A DNA stretch of 64,000 nt. Origin: an uncultured Myxococcales bacterium. GTDB taxonomy: Bacteria; Myxococcota_A; Polyangia; Polyangiales; Houyiibacteriaceae. The notes under the pieces are model-generated. The model was given only the letters and a program-made list of their open reading frames with translations, had not been told where the DNA came from and did no database searches. The stretch lies in the NCBI GenBank assembly GCA_965601515.1, contig CBFCWN010000001.1, positions 64,069 to 128,068 of the forward strand. Reading direction: 5' to 3'. A program made the position numbers and the translations under genes. This document shows positions 9,681 through 18,992 of this stretch, piece after piece. How positions within the stretch are numbered: position 1 is the first letter of the stretch; the number at the start of each line of letters is the position of its first letter.

Positions 9681-10505
9681 ATGATGGCACTCAGCGTGAC
9701 AGTGTTGACGGAGCGCGAGCCGCTTGCGCACCGGTGGCAGCAAGCTCTCACCAGGTACGACATCGATGCTCACGTTGTACCGCCGAGCAACTTGGCGGCG
9801 GCCGTGGCGGATCGTGCTGCGGTGATCGTCGACGTCGATGGCGCAGCGCTCGACTCGGACGAGCTCCTTGCAACGCTCGGGTTCATTCGAGCGTCGGGCG
9901 CGATTCCGGTGGCCCACGTGGACCGCGATCGGGAAGCTCTCGAAGATATCGTCGGCGAGCTCTGCTACGGCCTGGTGACGAGTGAGGACAAGGACATCGC
10001 GCAGGTCGCGGCAGCGATTCCAAGGCGCGCCGACGCCCGCCGCCGACTTCGTTTCGAGTTCGTGACCGTCTCACCGGCTGGCGACGACGTGCTCGCCCTG
10101 CTCGGAAACGGGCACGCTTCTCTCCACCCTCGTCCGATCGACGCGTCCGACGACGGCACGGCGATCGTCAGCATCACCATCGACCCCACCGCGACCAAGG
10201 CCACGATGCTCCTCGAGAGCGGCGCGACATCTCAGCTCACCGTCGCGAGCACGCAGGCTTCCGAAGTGACCAACGGCGGAGTCGACATCGCGATCGACGG
10301 CGAGAAGCTTGGCGCCCGTCTCCGAGAGCTTCGACTCGCAGCCGGTCTGACGCAGGCAGAGCTCGCGCGACGCACAGGAATCCATCGTCCGAACATCGCG
10401 CGCGTGGAAGCAGGTCGGCACACGCCGTCTCTCGAAACGCTCGCTCGCATCGCAAACGCGATCGGTGTGTCGACGACACACGTGCTCGTGTCTCGCGAGT
10501 CATGA
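9681..10505 (+). CDS. XRE-family HTH regulator with degenerate N-terminal receiver-like domain
   Basis: C-terminal LGARLRELRLAAGLTQAELARRTGIHRPNIARVEAGRHTPSLETLARIANAIG is an XRE HTH. Start set at ATG 9681 after GGAGGA; the start is uncertain (track ORF begins at 9558). Confidence 0.6.
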   Translation: MMALSVTVLTEREPLAHRWQQALTRYDIDAHVVPPSNLAAAVADRAAVIVDVDGAALDSDELLATLGFIRASGAIPVAHVDRDREALEDIVGELCYGLVTSEDKDIAQVAAAIPRRADARRRLRFEFVTVSPAGDDVLALLGNGHASLHPRPIDASDDGTAIVSITIDPTATKATMLLESGATSQLTVASTQASEVTNGGVDIAIDGEKLGARLRELRLAAGLTQAELARRTGIHRPNIARVEAGRHTPSLETLARIANAIGVSTTHVLVSRES

Positions 10506-11335
10506 ACGCGGGCTCGAGCGACAAACCGATCAAGGACGCATCGACTGTCATCCTCCTGCGAAGGGGCGAGGAAGGCGTCGAAACGTTCATGGTGTGTCGT
10601 CACCAGAAGAGCGGATTCATGGGTGGTGCACACGTGTTCCCGGGCGGAAAGCTCGACGACGAAGACCTGTCCGACGCGTGGGCGAAACACATCGACGGGG
10701 ACGAGCGCACGATTCAGAAGCGACTCGGAGAGTCGGACCCGGCGCGGAGCCGCGGGCTTCTCGTGGCCGGGGTCCGAGAAACCTTCGAGGAGGCGGGAGT
10801 TCTTCTCGGCCAAACCTCGAACGAGGTCGATCTCGAGGATGCTCGAGGTCGCTTGCACGGAGGTTCCGCGTTTCTCTCGCTCGCCGACGAAATGGCGCTG
10901 CGGATCGACGCGATGTCTCTCACGCCGTACGCGCGATGGGTCACGCCCGAGTTCGAGAGTCGCCGGTTCGACACCCGGTTCTACGTGACGGTCGTACCGG
11001 ACGATCAAGATGCATCCCACGACGGAAGCGAAACGACCTCGGCGACGTGGCTTCGCCCATCGGTTGCCATCGATCGAATGCGGTCAGGCGACATCAAGCT
11101 CGCGCCGCCGACCGTGCGGACGCTTGCATGGCTCGCCGGCTTCGGTGAGACGGGCGCGGTACTCGAGGACGCGCGGTCGCGTACGCCTCCGCTCGTTCGT
11201 CCCAAAGTCGTGACCGGGGGCGACGGCTGGTTCCTCGCACTTCCCGGCGATCCCGAGCACCCCGAATCCGAGCGCGCGCTTCCCGGCGCGACCCGAATGG
11301 TGCTCGACGGCGCCGCGTGGATCGATGTGCCTTAG
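10502..11335 (+). CDS. NUDIX-family hydrolase
   Basis: FPGGKLD...GVRETFEEAGVLLG is a Nudix-box core. The 4-nt overlap with the upstream XRE gene suggests an operon. Confidence 0.72.
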   Translation: MNAGSSDKPIKDASTVILLRRGEEGVETFMVCRHQKSGFMGGAHVFPGGKLDDEDLSDAWAKHIDGDERTIQKRLGESDPARSRGLLVAGVRETFEEAGVLLGQTSNEVDLEDARGRLHGGSAFLSLADEMALRIDAMSLTPYARWVTPEFESRRFDTRFYVTVVPDDQDASHDGSETTSATWLRPSVAIDRMRSGDIKLAPPTVRTLAWLAGFGETGAVLEDARSRTPPLVRPKVVTGGDGWFLALPGDPEHPESERALPGATRMVLDGAAWIDVP

Positions 11336-11410
11336 CCTGTTCGCTGGGGCACAGTTTTTCGGCTTTTCGAGGGTTTGACGTTGTAAGGGTTAAACCCGAG
11401 CCGCTACCCA

Positions 11411-11992
11411 ATGGAGGTGGTCGCGAGTATCCGAAAGCCCCGGGATCTCTTCACCGCGTCGCAGATTGCACGCTTCTGCCAGGTCGACCTGAAGACCATT
11501 CACAACTGGGCAGACCGTGGACAGATTGCGCATTTCCGAACGCCGGGTCGGCACCTTCGGTTCCGAAGGCCGCACGTGCTCGACTTCCTCCGAAAGTACG
11601 GATACCCGATTCCAGACGAGCTCGACGCAGGCCGCCCTCGCGTCGCCCTGATCCTCAACGGCCTCGGGAGCGCAGAGTCGCTCACGAGCTGCCTTGCGGA
11701 GCGGTTCGAGGTCATGGAGAACGAAAGCCCGCTGACGGCGCTTCTCCAGATCGGCGAGCAACCGCCCGATGCCGTGGTTCTCGCCGCAGAGCTCGGCTGC
11801 TTGAGGGGTGCCGACATCATCTCCGCGCTCAAGAGCGAACCGCACACTCGCCACATTCGAGCCGTGCTTCTGGCGGGAAACGACGGAGACCGGACCGCCG
11901 CGCTAGCCGCCGGAGCGTCCGCACACGTGAAGGAAACCGACGCCGAGGGCCTCAGGGACACGCTCGAAGCCCTCATGGGCGTGCGTCACTAG
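11411..11992 (+). CDS. excisionase/MerR-type HTH fused to a pseudo-receiver domain
   Basis: The N-terminal FTASQIARFCQVDLKTIHNWADRGQIAHFRTPGRHLRFRRPHVLDFL is an HTH. The C-terminal part has a CheY-like layout, but the acidic pocket reads NG and the phospho-acceptor position is Ala (PDAVVLAAELG). Confidence 0.7.
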   Translation: MEVVASIRKPRDLFTASQIARFCQVDLKTIHNWADRGQIAHFRTPGRHLRFRRPHVLDFLRKYGYPIPDELDAGRPRVALILNGLGSAESLTSCLAERFEVMENESPLTALLQIGEQPPDAVVLAAELGCLRGADIISALKSEPHTRHIRAVLLAGNDGDRTAALAAGASAHVKETDAEGLRDTLEALMGVRH

Positions 11993-12047
11993 GGTCTCCC
12001 CCGCCCGTCGTCTTTACGGCCCGCAGAGCCTGGGTTACCTCCCGGGC

Positions 12048-12707
12048 ATGTCTTTGGCGGACCTCAAGTACGACGACCAAGGCCTGATCCCCGTCATCGC
12101 GCAGGACGCGGAGACCGGCGAGGTGCGCATGGTAGCGTGGGCGAACCGAGAAGCGGTTCGAAAGACGCTCGACACGCGCAAGGGCCATTTCTTCAGTCGC
12201 TCGAGAGGCGCGCTCTGGCTCAAGGGTGAGACGAGCGGCAACACGCTTGGAGTTCAAAGCGTATGGGCCGACTGCGATGGAGATACGCTGCTCTATCTGG
12301 TCGATCCGGCGGGCCCCTCCTGTCACACCGGAGCCGAGACCTGCTTCTTTCGCCGCCTCGAGGCGGACGGAACGCTCGTTGACGCCCCGAGCGAGGCCGC
12401 TCCCACACTGCTTCGCCTCGAGCGTACCCTGGAGGCTCGCAGAACGGCCGAGGCTGGCAAGAGCTACACCAAGACGCTCCTCGACGAGGGCGCTGCGAAA
12501 ATCGACGAGAAGCTTCGCGAGGAGGCCTCCGAGCTAGGCCAAGCGCTGATCGACGAAACCGATGCACGAGTCGCCTCGGAATCCGCGGACCTCGCTTATC
12601 ACATGCTCGTTGGCCTCATCCTCAGGAAAGTCTCGCTGCGCGAGGTGCTCGAGGTCCTTTCGAATCGATTCGGCACTTCAGGGCACGAGGAAAAAGCCTC
12701 CCGCTAA
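12048..12707 (+). CDS. hisIE: bifunctional phosphoribosyl-AMP cyclohydrolase / phosphoribosyl-ATP pyrophosphatase
   Basis: HisI part: GLIPVIAQDAETGEVRMVAWANREA...GETSGNTLGV...DCDGDTLLYLVDPAGPSCHTG. HisE part: KSYTKTLLDEGAAKIDEKLREEASEL...ESADLAYHMLV. Confidence 0.9.
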   Translation: MSLADLKYDDQGLIPVIAQDAETGEVRMVAWANREAVRKTLDTRKGHFFSRSRGALWLKGETSGNTLGVQSVWADCDGDTLLYLVDPAGPSCHTGAETCFFRRLEADGTLVDAPSEAAPTLLRLERTLEARRTAEAGKSYTKTLLDEGAAKIDEKLREEASELGQALIDETDARVASESADLAYHMLVGLILRKVSLREVLEVLSNRFGTSGHEEKASR

Positions 12708-12710
12708 CGC

Positions 12711-13199
12711 TCAGTTCAGAATCTTGTCGATGTCGCGCTCGACCGTCTCTTCGCGGACGCGTCGCGCAAGCGCGAGTTCGGTGATGAGAAGCTTCCGCGC
12801 CTGTTCCATGAGCTTCTTCTCGCCGTAGCTGAGCTCGCCCTTGTCGGAGCGGACCTTCGCGAGGTCCCGTAGCACTTTGGCTACCTTGATCGGCGAGCCG
12901 CTTTTGAGCATCTCCGTGTACTCGCGGTATCGCCGATTCCATGGCTGTGAGGTCACCGCCATCTCATCCTTGCGGAGCTCCTCGAGGACCGACTTGGCGG
13001 CCCGCCGAGACATCACCTGGCGCAGCCCGACCCGGTCGACCGCGTTGGTGGCGACGCGGATGGTCCCCGCTTTGCCGTTGACGAGTTTGAGGATGTAGAA
13101 GTCGATCTTGTCGGAGCCGATCAATCGCTCCTCGATCTGGGTAATTTCGGCCACCCCGTGCGCTGGGTGGACCGCTTTGTCACCTACGCTGAAGCTCAT
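12711..13199 (-). CDS. cdnL: CarD/CdnL-family RNA-polymerase-binding transcription factor
   Basis: MSFSVGDKAVHPAHGVAEITQIEERLIGSDKIDFYILKL... is a CarD_CdnL_TRCF domain. ATG at 13199 follows GGAG; the track start at 13283 adds 28 aa. Confidence 0.85.
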   Translation of the reverse strand: MSFSVGDKAVHPAHGVAEITQIEERLIGSDKIDFYILKLVNGKAGTIRVATNAVDRVGLRQVMSRRAAKSVLEELRKDEMAVTSQPWNRRYREYTEMLKSGSPIKVAKVLRDLAKVRSDKGELSYGEKKLMEQARKLLITELALARRVREETVERDIDKILN

Positions 13200-13434
13200 C
13201 AGGGTAGTCTCCTTCGGGTCAAAAACGACGAAAACCCGCACCGGAAGCTCGGGGCGGGAGTCCATTGTCGAACGGGCGTGCAATTCACTGCATGCACCCC
13301 TTATCTATAGCAAAATCAGCGGCTCCAGTCAATGGTTGCCTGGCGCTAAAACCCTGTGATTTCAGAGTGTTGGATTCGTTCAGGGGCGGATTTAGTGGTT
13401 GACAAATCCGCGTTGCAGGAGGCCGCTCGCGCGC

Positions 13435-14535
13435 TCAGTTGGGGCGAGCGCGCTTCGAGGACCCGCCCTTGGAGGCCGCCGGCTTCGGATCGGCGGGTGC
13501 GCCCGATGCCTCCGCAGCCCCCTCGTCCGCCGCGTCAGGCTTGGCGAGGCCGTGGTTCTGAAGAAGCTTCAGCTCGACTGCAGAGAGAATGTCCGGGTGC
13601 TCCTCGAGGAAGTTGCGAGCGTTATCGCGACCTTGCCCGACGCGCTCTTCCGCGTAGCTGTACCAGGCACCCGACTTCTGAATGATGCCCGCCTCGACGC
13701 CGAGGTCGAGGACATCGCCCGTGCGACTGATCCCCTTACCGAAGAGGATATCGAACTCACACATCCGAAACGGCGGGGCGAGCTTGTTTTTCACCACCTT
13801 GACCCGACAGCGATTTCCGACGGCCGAATCCCCGACTTTGATCGTGCCGATGCGGCGGATATCGAGGCGCTGCGACGCGTAGAACTTGAGGGCGTTCCCG
13901 CCGCTGGTGGTCTCCGGACTGCCGAACATCACGCCGATCTTCATGCGGATTTGGTTGATGAAGAAGAGCGTGGTGTTGCTCTTTTGAACGGTCCCGGTGA
14001 GCTTGCGGAGCGCCTGACTCATGAGGCGCGCCTGCAGACCGACGTGGCTGTCCCCCATCTCGCCTTCGATTTCCGCGCGCGGCACCAAAGCGGCTACCGA
14101 ATCGATGACGATGATGTCGACGGCGCCGGAGCGAACCAGGGTGTCCGCGATTTCGAGCGCCTGCTCCCCGTGATCGGGCTGGCTGACGAGAAGCTCGTCG
14201 ACGTTGACACCGAGTTTTCGCGCGTAGTTCGGGTCGAGTGCGTGCTCGGCGTCGATGAAGGCCGCGATGCCGCCCTTTTTCTGGCACTCGGCGATCGCGT
14301 GGAGGGTCAGCGTGGTCTTGCCGCTCGACTCCGGTCCATAGATCTCGACGATGCGACCCCGCGGATAGCCCCCGATCCCGAGTGCCAGATCGAGCGAGAT
14401 CGCTCCGCTCGAGATGACGGGCACTTCGATCTTTGCCGCGGCGTCGCCGAGGCGCATGATGGAGCCTTTTCCGTAGGCTTTCTCGATAGTTCCGAGAGCG
14501 AGATGGAGGGCTTTGTCGCGGTTGGAGTCGGCCAT
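13435..14535 (-). CDS. recA: recombinase RecA
   Basis: [20 protein letters not shown] (Walker A), [19 protein letters not shown]. Confidence 0.97.
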   Translation of the reverse strand: MADSNRDKALHLALGTIEKAYGKGSIMRLGDAAAKIEVPVISSGAISLDLALGIGGYPRGRIVEIYGPESSGKTTLTLHAIAECQKKGGIAAFIDAEHALDPNYARKLGVNVDELLVSQPDHGEQALEIADTLVRSGAVDIIVIDSVAALVPRAEIEGEMGDSHVGLQARLMSQALRKLTGTVQKSNTTLFFINQIRMKIGVMFGSPETTSGGNALKFYASQRLDIRRIGTIKVGDSAVGNRCRVKVVKNKLAPPFRMCEFDILFGKGISRTGDVLDLGVEAGIIQKSGAWYSYAEERVGQGRDNARNFLEEHPDILSAVELKLLQNHGLAKPDAADEGAAEASGAPADPKPAASKGGSSKRARPN

Positions 14536-14552
14536 GCTGCGGATTCCTTTGG

Positions 14553-14569
14553 GGATGAATTACCTGAAC
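14553..14569 (-). promoter_or_regulatory. putative LexA (SOS) box upstream of recA
   Basis: The minus strand reads CTAGACGGATGTTCAGG, 18 nt upstream of the recA ATG. It is an imperfect palindrome CTaGAC-N4-GTtCAG. It matches 14/17 positions of the Myxococcus-type box CTRHAMRYBYGTTCAGS as I recall it. Confidence 0.4.
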
Positions 14570-14695
14570 ATCCGTCTAGTCGGGTTTGATGGGGGAGTCA
14601 AGTTTGGGGCGGCGGACCCTGCGGCCCATCGCTCGAACAACCCCGTCACCCCTCTAGAGCCTGACCTTACCGCGCCCAGTGCGTTCGGAGAAGGC

Positions 14696-15955
14696 CTAGC
14701 GCTCGCCGAGGTCCAAGTCGCGTCCAAGCACCGACCGCCGAACGAGCTCGAGCGCGATGTACGCCGAGAGCGTTTGGACGCGCGCCCGCTCCCAGGGAAG
14801 CTTCCGATGGCGCGTCACGGTGGGCTCGCCCGCGCGCGCGACACCGAACCAAACCGTACCGACCGGTTTGTCCTCGGTTCCACCGCCCGGACCTGCGATT
14901 CCGGTGATCGAGACCGCAATGTCCGCACCGGCGACGCGCAGCGCCCCTTCCGCCATGGCCGCCGCGGTCTCCGAGCTCACGGCGCCGTGGGCGCGAAGCA
15001 CCTCTTCGTTGACGCCGAGGACACGCTCCTTCGCGAGATTGGAATAGACCACCGCGTCGAGCAGCAGGTAATCCGACGCACCCGGAATCCGGGTGAGCAT
15101 CTCCCCAACCTGCCCGCCCGTACACGACTCCGCGACGGCAAGCGTCTTCCCTTTGTCACGAAGCGCTGAGCCGACGACCTCGGCAAACGAGTCCGAGCGC
15201 CCTCCGAACACCGCATGGCCCAAGATCTCGCGAGCCTCCGCGGCGATCGCCTCCGCCTGCTCTTCCGCGGCCTGGGACGATTCCGCCCGAACATGCACCT
15301 TCACCTCGATCTCGGGAAAGTGCGCCCGATAGCCGAGTGTGAGCCCCTCGTGATCCTTCTCGAGGTGTCGAAGCGCCTGGGCAACCCCGGACTCGGTCAT
15401 TCCGAAGGTTCGGATGTGCACCTGATGCGTGCGCCGCTCGGCGAGAGGAGCGATCTCGGCGAGGATCGAATCGTGGAAGATGTGCTTCATCTCCCGGGGA
15501 ACCCCCGGCACGAAGAACAGCCGTGCACGCCCAAGCGTCATCGCGAAGCCGGGCGCAGTCCCCATCATGTTCGGGAGCACGTCGGCGCCCTCCGGGAAGT
15601 CGCCCTGCTTGGCATTCGAGTCGGGCATCACCCGTCCGAACGCCTGGAACTTCTGTCGAATGCCCTCCACGACGCTCTCGTCCCGAACCAGCCCGACCCC
15701 AGCGGCGCGTGCGGCAGCCTCCGTCGTGAGGTCGTCCGAAGTCGGTCCTAGCCCGCCCGTCGCGATGACGATGCGATGGTTCTCCGAAAACCGCCGGATG
15801 ACCGTCACGATACGCTCGAGGTCGTCGTCGACGGTCGCCTGCTCGGTGACCTCGAACCCCAGCGTCGTGAGCTCCTCGCCCAACCACGTGGCGTTCGTAT
15901 TCACGAGCTCACCGCGTGTGAGCTCTGTTCCGATCGATAGAACGGCGGCGGTCAT
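14696..15955 (-). CDS. cinA: competence/damage-inducible protein CinA (MoCF-like domain plus nicotinamide-nucleotide amidase domain)
   Basis: MTAAVLSIGTELTRGELVNTNATWLGEEL...ATGGLGPTSDDLT...SCTGG...ITGIAGPGGG. Lies immediately upstream of recA on the same strand. Start at cat 15953-15955. Confidence 0.85.
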   Translation of the reverse strand: MTAAVLSIGTELTRGELVNTNATWLGEELTTLGFEVTEQATVDDDLERIVTVIRRFSENHRIVIATGGLGPTSDDLTTEAAARAAGVGLVRDESVVEGIRQKFQAFGRVMPDSNAKQGDFPEGADVLPNMMGTAPGFAMTLGRARLFFVPGVPREMKHIFHDSILAEIAPLAERRTHQVHIRTFGMTESGVAQALRHLEKDHEGLTLGYRAHFPEIEVKVHVRAESSQAAEEQAEAIAAEAREILGHAVFGGRSDSFAEVVGSALRDKGKTLAVAESCTGGQVGEMLTRIPGASDYLLLDAVVYSNLAKERVLGVNEEVLRAHGAVSSETAAAMAEGALRVAGADIAVSITGIAGPGGGTEDKPVGTVWFGVARAGEPTVTRHRKLPWERARVQTLSAYIALELVRRSVLGRDLDLGER

Positions 15956-16071
15956 CGGGGTCGGGGAGTGTCGCAAACCCAAGCGACCCGTCAACCCGCT
16001 TTGCCGCTTGAAGCGGATGTGGTAGCGCCCCATGGAATCGAAGACGCCGCGTGCGTGTTGTCAGGAGTCAG

Positions 16072-17463
16072 ATGAGACCGGTCTTAGTGGGAATCGCATT
16101 CGCAACGCTCGTCGCTGCCCTCGTTTCGTTCGAGGCCAGCGGGGAGGCTGCCAACGAACCAGGCGCAAGCGCCCTATCGAACATGCAGGTCATCCGAGGG
16201 GCGTTGAACAACGGCCTCCGCGTGGTGATGAATCCGGACAACACCGTCCCAACGGTGGCGGTCTCGGTCTACTACGACGTAGGGTCTAGGAACGAGGTGA
16301 AGGGCCGTTCCGGCTTCGCGCACCTCTTCGAGCACATGATGTTCCAGGGGTCGGCCAACGTCGGTAAAGGCGAACACTTCGGTCTGATCATCAATCGCGG
16401 TGGCAGCGCGAACGGTACCACCAGCAACGACCGCACCAACTACTTCGAAACGCTTCCCTCCAACGAGCTGGCGCTCGGGCTCTGGCTCGAAGCCGACCGA
16501 ATGCGTTCCCTCGCGATCACACAGGCCAACTTCGAAAACCAACGCCAGACCGTGATGGAGGAGCGGCGCCAGCGGATCGACAATCAGCCGTACATCCCAA
16601 GCATGCTGCGTATCAACGAGCTCGCGTACGGAGACTACTTTCCGTATGCCCACTCGACGATCGGCGACATGCAGGACCTCGTCGATGCGCCGCTCGAGGC
16701 GGTTCAGGAGTTCTTCGACACCCATTACGCGCCCAACAACGCGGTGCTGAGCATCAGCGGCGATTTCGACCCTGACGAGGCGATGGCGCTGGTGAGGGAG
16801 TACTTCGGCGACATCCCGATGCGAGACTCCGCTCCGTTCGAGCCTCCGCCTTTCGAGGCGCCGGTCGGCGAACAGCGAGAGACGATGTACGACGCGAACG
16901 CCACGCTGCCAGCGTTCCACCTCGCGTACCACATCCCCCCGAGCCGCACTCCCGACCACTACGCGCTCGAGATGCTTGCGCTGATCCTCGGTGACGGCGA
17001 GTCGAGCCGCCTCTATCAGCTTCTCGTGAAACGGGACGAGATCTGCCAGGAGGTCGCGGTTGCCACCGACGACAGGCGGGGTCCGGACCTCTTCAGCGTG
17101 TGGGCGGTCATGGCGAGCGGCCGCTCGGTCGACAAAGCGCAGGACGCCGTCTTCGCAGAGCTCGACTCGATCGCCAAGAAGGGCGTGACCGAACGCGAGC
17201 TGCAAAAGGCCAAAAACCGCATGAGCGCCGCGTTCGTCTTCGGTCTCCAGTCGAACATGCAGCGCTCCCAGCACCTCGCCGAGTTCGAGCTCTACTGGGG
17301 CGACGCAAATCTCCTGAAGCTCGAGCTCGACCACTACCTCGCGGTGACCGTCGACGACATCAAGCGCGTCGCAGGAACGTACTTCGCCGCGGCAAACCGA
17401 ACCGTCCTCGACGTGATGCCAGGCGAGGCGCCCGCACAAAAGACCGAGCAGGAGGCGAAATAA
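16072..17463 (+). CDS. M16 (pitrilysin) family zinc peptidase, catalytic-type subunit, secreted
   Basis: The HxxEH motif is present (GFAHLFEHMMFQG). N-terminal signal-like segment. ATG 16072 follows AGGAG. Confidence 0.85.
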   Translation: MRPVLVGIAFATLVAALVSFEASGEAANEPGASALSNMQVIRGALNNGLRVVMNPDNTVPTVAVSVYYDVGSRNEVKGRSGFAHLFEHMMFQGSANVGKGEHFGLIINRGGSANGTTSNDRTNYFETLPSNELALGLWLEADRMRSLAITQANFENQRQTVMEERRQRIDNQPYIPSMLRINELAYGDYFPYAHSTIGDMQDLVDAPLEAVQEFFDTHYAPNNAVLSISGDFDPDEAMALVREYFGDIPMRDSAPFEPPPFEAPVGEQRETMYDANATLPAFHLAYHIPPSRTPDHYALEMLALILGDGESSRLYQLLVKRDEICQEVAVATDDRRGPDLFSVWAVMASGRSVDKAQDAVFAELDSIAKKGVTERELQKAKNRMSAAFVFGLQSNMQRSQHLAEFELYWGDANLLKLELDHYLAVTVDDIKRVAGTYFAAANRTVLDVMPGEAPAQKTEQEAK

Positions 17464-18983
17464 TGAAGTCGCGACTCTCTCTCGCCGCCGTGCTGCTCGT
17501 CGGCCTCGCCGGCGCCTGCTCGAAGGAAGCTCCTCCACCCAAGACGGCGGCTACGACGGGAGCGAAAGCCGAGCCGAAGCTCGAGCCCCCTCCTGCTCCG
17601 TCCGCCCCGAAGGCGCTGGTTCTTCCCACCGTGGGGATCGCGGAGCTCGATAACGGTCTTCAGGTGAACACGATCGTCACCGACCAGCTCCCCGTGATTT
17701 ACGCGACGCTCGTCGTCCGGAGCGGAGCCGAGTCCGACCCGGAGACGCTCCCGGGGCTATCGGGCATCGTCGCGCAGATGCTCAAGGAAGGTACGACGAA
17801 GCGCAAGGCCGCCGAAATCGCCGAGGAGATCGAGTTCCTCGGAGCCGACCTCTGGGCGAGCTCCGACGAAGAGAACACCTACATCGGAGTGCGCGCCCTC
17901 GCGGAGCACTTCGACGTGGCGATGTCCATCCTCGCCGAGGTCGCGGGCCAGCCCGCGTTCAACAACGCCGAGCTCGCCAAGCTGAAGCGCCGAGAGCTCG
18001 ATCGGCTTGCCTTGTCCGAACGTGAGCCTCGCTACATCGCTCGCCGTCAGTTCTACCGCTCGCTCTACGGGGACCACCCCTACGGCACGGTCGATACGAC
18101 GCCGCAGGCGGTCAAGCGGGTGCGTCGACAAGACCTCGTCCAATGGCACCGGAAGAACTTCGTCGGCAAGAACGCGTTCTTGGTGGTCGCGGGTGAAATC
18201 GACCCGGAGACAGTGAACGCGGTCGCAGGGCGCACGCTTGGCTCGCTCAAGCCCGGCCAACGCGCGGTCCCCCAGTACACGGATCCTCCGCGTCCAAAGG
18301 ATCGAAATATCCTCGTGGTCGACCGACCCGGCTCCGTTCAGTCCGTGATCTACATGGGCAACCTCGCCATCCGGCGGGCGAATCGCGAGTGGATTCCACT
18401 CATCGTCGCGAACCAGGTGCTTGGCGGCTCCGCCGCGTCGCGACTGTTCATGGACCTCCGCGAGAAGCGCAGCCTCACCTACGGCGCCTACAGCGCAATC
18501 GCCGAGCGCGTCGACATCGGGCCGTTCGTCGCCTACTCGTCGGTTCGAACCGAGGTCACCCCCGAGGCCATCGGCGCGTTCTTCGACCACCTCGAGCTGA
18601 TCAATCGCGAGCCCCCGAGCGAGGAAGAATTGGTCAATGCGCGTCGCTACCTGAGCGACTCGTTTCCACTTCAGGTGGACACGCCCGGCAAGCTCGCCGA
18701 TTTGGTGATGGAGCTTCGGACCTACGGTCTTCCAGACGACTACTGGACGAATTACAGGAACTACATCCGCCAGACGAGCGCCTCCGAAGCGCAATACGTC
18801 GCTCGAACGTACATTCGACCGGCAGAAGCATTGGTCGTGATTGTGGGCCAGGCCGCAGATTTTGCCCCGGCGCTTGCCAAGTACGGACCGGTCACGGTCG
18901 TGTCACCGGACGGCGAGATCAAGGCCCAGTTCCCCGACGAGCGAACCGGGCCTACGGGTGCACAGCGAGGGCCCATCCAGTAA
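17463..18983 (+). CDS. M16 family peptidase-like lipoprotein, non-catalytic-type subunit
   Basis: TAATG overlap with the upstream gene. MKSRLSLAAVLLVGLAGAC is a lipobox. The position equivalent to HxxEH reads GLSGIVAQMLKEG, so the motif is lost. Confidence 0.8.
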   Translation: MKSRLSLAAVLLVGLAGACSKEAPPPKTAATTGAKAEPKLEPPPAPSAPKALVLPTVGIAELDNGLQVNTIVTDQLPVIYATLVVRSGAESDPETLPGLSGIVAQMLKEGTTKRKAAEIAEEIEFLGADLWASSDEENTYIGVRALAEHFDVAMSILAEVAGQPAFNNAELAKLKRRELDRLALSEREPRYIARRQFYRSLYGDHPYGTVDTTPQAVKRVRRQDLVQWHRKNFVGKNAFLVVAGEIDPETVNAVAGRTLGSLKPGQRAVPQYTDPPRPKDRNILVVDRPGSVQSVIYMGNLAIRRANREWIPLIVANQVLGGSAASRLFMDLREKRSLTYGAYSAIAERVDIGPFVAYSSVRTEVTPEAIGAFFDHLELINREPPSEEELVNARRYLSDSFPLQVDTPGKLADLVMELRTYGLPDDYWTNYRNYIRQTSASEAQYVARTYIRPAEALVVIVGQAADFAPALAKYGPVTVVSPDGEIKAQFPDERTGPTGAQRGPIQ

Positions 18984-18992
18984 AGTCGAAAC

